Assembly: GCA_904063045.1 (NCBI GenBank)
Contig: CAJFCJ010000001.1
Span: forward strand, 2,170,001-2,234,000
DNA length: 64,000 bases
Direction: 5' to 3'
Source: Dimorphilus gyrociliatus
Taxonomy: Eukaryota > Animalia > Annelida
The translations under genes and the position numbers were made by a program. Of this stretch, positions 62,195 through 64,000 are shown piece by piece. Position 1 is the stretch's first letter. Each line of letters opens with the position of its first letter. The notes beneath the pieces are model-generated. The model searched no databases, was not told the DNA's origin, and worked only from the letters and a program-made list of their open reading frames with translations.

Positions 62195-63543
62195 CTATTT
62201 GAGTGGCCTATAGTCTCTTAATGATGAGTTCGCTTTTTGTCTTTTCTGTCTTTTATTTGTAACTTTCTTAATATTTCCAAAAGTGATACATAGCCATAAT
62301 ATCATAGCTAACAATACCAATAAAGTGATAAAAGCTATTAGAATTATAAAATGCCTTTGTCCGTAGTATCTTATACTAAACTGATAGTTGGGTGAAACTA
62401 ACAGTGGATAACGTCTAGTGGAATACGAATAATCTTCTGTTTCTTCTCTTCCCTCACATATATCATAAAGTTTTTGATTATGTCTACCTAGTGAATTAAA
62501 TGCATAAATATTACTTAAAGATCTATTTTTAGATCTTTCTCTTTCAACATTAAAATTCCATTGAGTGACATCAGATTTACATTTTAATTTACCCTTATCA
62601 AAATACCATTTAGATAGTCCCGGACGTTTCATGAATAAATCGACAATATACCTATATCTGCATCCACAGCCAAAGATAACTGGTAGGCGTAATACAGCAG
62701 CTCGTCTCATTGTATTGTAAATCAATTTAAATTTATCATCATTACTATTATAAGGTGGAAGGATTAATGACTTATCCAAATTCATAAATTCAATTGATGT
62801 AGGATATTGGGTAGAATAAGTATTCAGAGGAAATTTCCATTCTAAGATCTTATCACTACGAGAATCAATCTGAGAATTAAACATTTAATCCATTCTGAAA
62901 TTCTTCAGATTGATTCCAAATTTAACAACCTATAATCCATAACAATAATACTTTTAATATACTCTATCTTAGCCTTAGTTTGACCTTTACATTGAAATTT
63001 CGAAAATTGCCCAATATCTGTAACGGATGATTGTTCTTCAACTATTAATGTTAATACATTGATATAATAATTAACTCCACATGGTAAAAGCGTTGAATCT
63101 TTCAAAGTTAATTCCATTAAGTTAACATTTAACGACGAAGCGTTTGATTTAAATATCAAACTATTTATATTGTCTATACAATTCTGAATTTCTAAAGTGT
63201 TATTAGTTATATCGTTTTCAAATGGATTATTCATCATTATATCTGCATTGAAATTTCCTTTACATCTTATTATTACTCTTAAGCTTTTCTCCTTCTTTCT
63301 AACCATTTTCCCGACATTTTCTATGGTGTTAGAGCATCTCTCCCTAATTTCTCTTTTCATCAAGCTTGGGCAATCGATTCGTAAGCTGATTTCATCCCTA
63401 AAACCAAATTTTGTGATTCGGCATCGACATTTGTCGTCAATAGATGTCGCCCTTAGTCCATTATTTTTGAATTGAAATCTATACACACATACAATTTCAT
63501 GAAAAAAAATTATGGTTAAACTAATTAATAATAATTTATTCAT
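62195..63543 (-). CDS. Type I membrane protein with divergent LRR-like ectodomain (about 420-430 aa, probably 2 exons)
   Basis: Signal peptide MNKLLLISLTIIFFHEIVC, N-cap-like CRC...C, Leu/Ile-spaced repeats, an LRRCT-like FGCGC...LKC motif, TM FIILIAFITLLVLLAMILWLCITF and a short basic tail. The two ORFs can be joined by an intron of about 73 nt (AG|gttgtt 62929 to cgtag| about 62857). The LRR assignment is tentative. Confidence 0.6.
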
Positions 63544-64000
63544 AATAATTATAATATCTGTTTATTTTTAAATTTTTAAATTAGTTAATTCATTAAAGTA
63601 AATGATATTGTACATAGGCCTACTAAGTTAAATGATAATGTGGTATTTTTTGGCGAAAATAGTGTAGTTTTTTGCACTTGACGCCTATACGTAGACTTAG
63701 GTCGAAAGGTATCAAATTGATGGGAAAAGATTCTATTTCTCTCTATTTAGGTTAAGAATTAAAATGTTGGCTGTCTTAATTAGCTTTCCACTACGATCTC
63801 TCCTTTTCAAAACTCGAGTTCACTTTTCCATTGTGAAGGATGTATTAACGGCTTTCCTAAACGGAAATACATTAAGTTTAAATTTACATTGGTCAGGATT
63901 TTTCTTTCTCTTTCTCTCACTTTCTGTTTCTCCCTCTAACTCTCTCTCTCCCTCTCTCTCTCTCTCTCATACACACTCACTCACTCTTCCGTTCGCCTAT

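Noticed and set aside
1-64000. CRISPR arrays, rRNA or intact tRNA genes
   Set aside because: No regularly spaced repeats with unique spacers and no recognisable rRNA or cloverleaf sequences were seen.

Overview
This is AT-rich eukaryotic (invertebrate animal) genomic DNA from a compact genome, with mostly 54-100 nt GT-AG introns and many microsatellites. Innexin, a Nav1-type channel and a beta/gamma-type laminin suggest a spiralian such as a miniaturised annelid; this is inference only. Left to right the window holds: the 5' end of a voltage-gated Na+ channel alpha subunit (minus, running off the left edge); a type II membrane sushi/HYR/ephrin-receptor-like protein; a receptor-guanylyl-cyclase-like gene; a small secreted Cys-rich orphan and a single-TM orphan; an intronless innexin; a decayed Tc1 (DD34E) transposon; two tandem ABCB1/P-glycoprotein genes; a laminin with a hybrid beta+gamma short arm; an orphan TM gene; a LicD pseudogene followed by an intact LicD gene; a bacterial-type sulfotransferase; three tandem variant-RING E3-like genes; and a divergent LRR-like type I membrane protein. 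The standout is the cyclase-like gene. Its ectodomain is a PstS-type phosphate-binding protein with an intact ligand site, but its kinase and cyclase domains look catalytically dead, making it a candidate animal extracellular phosphate sensor. The ABCB1 pair also stands out: its ATPase domains are near-identical while its transmembrane domains have diverged. Exon boundaries were read by eye from splice signals and frame continuity; no database searches were run.
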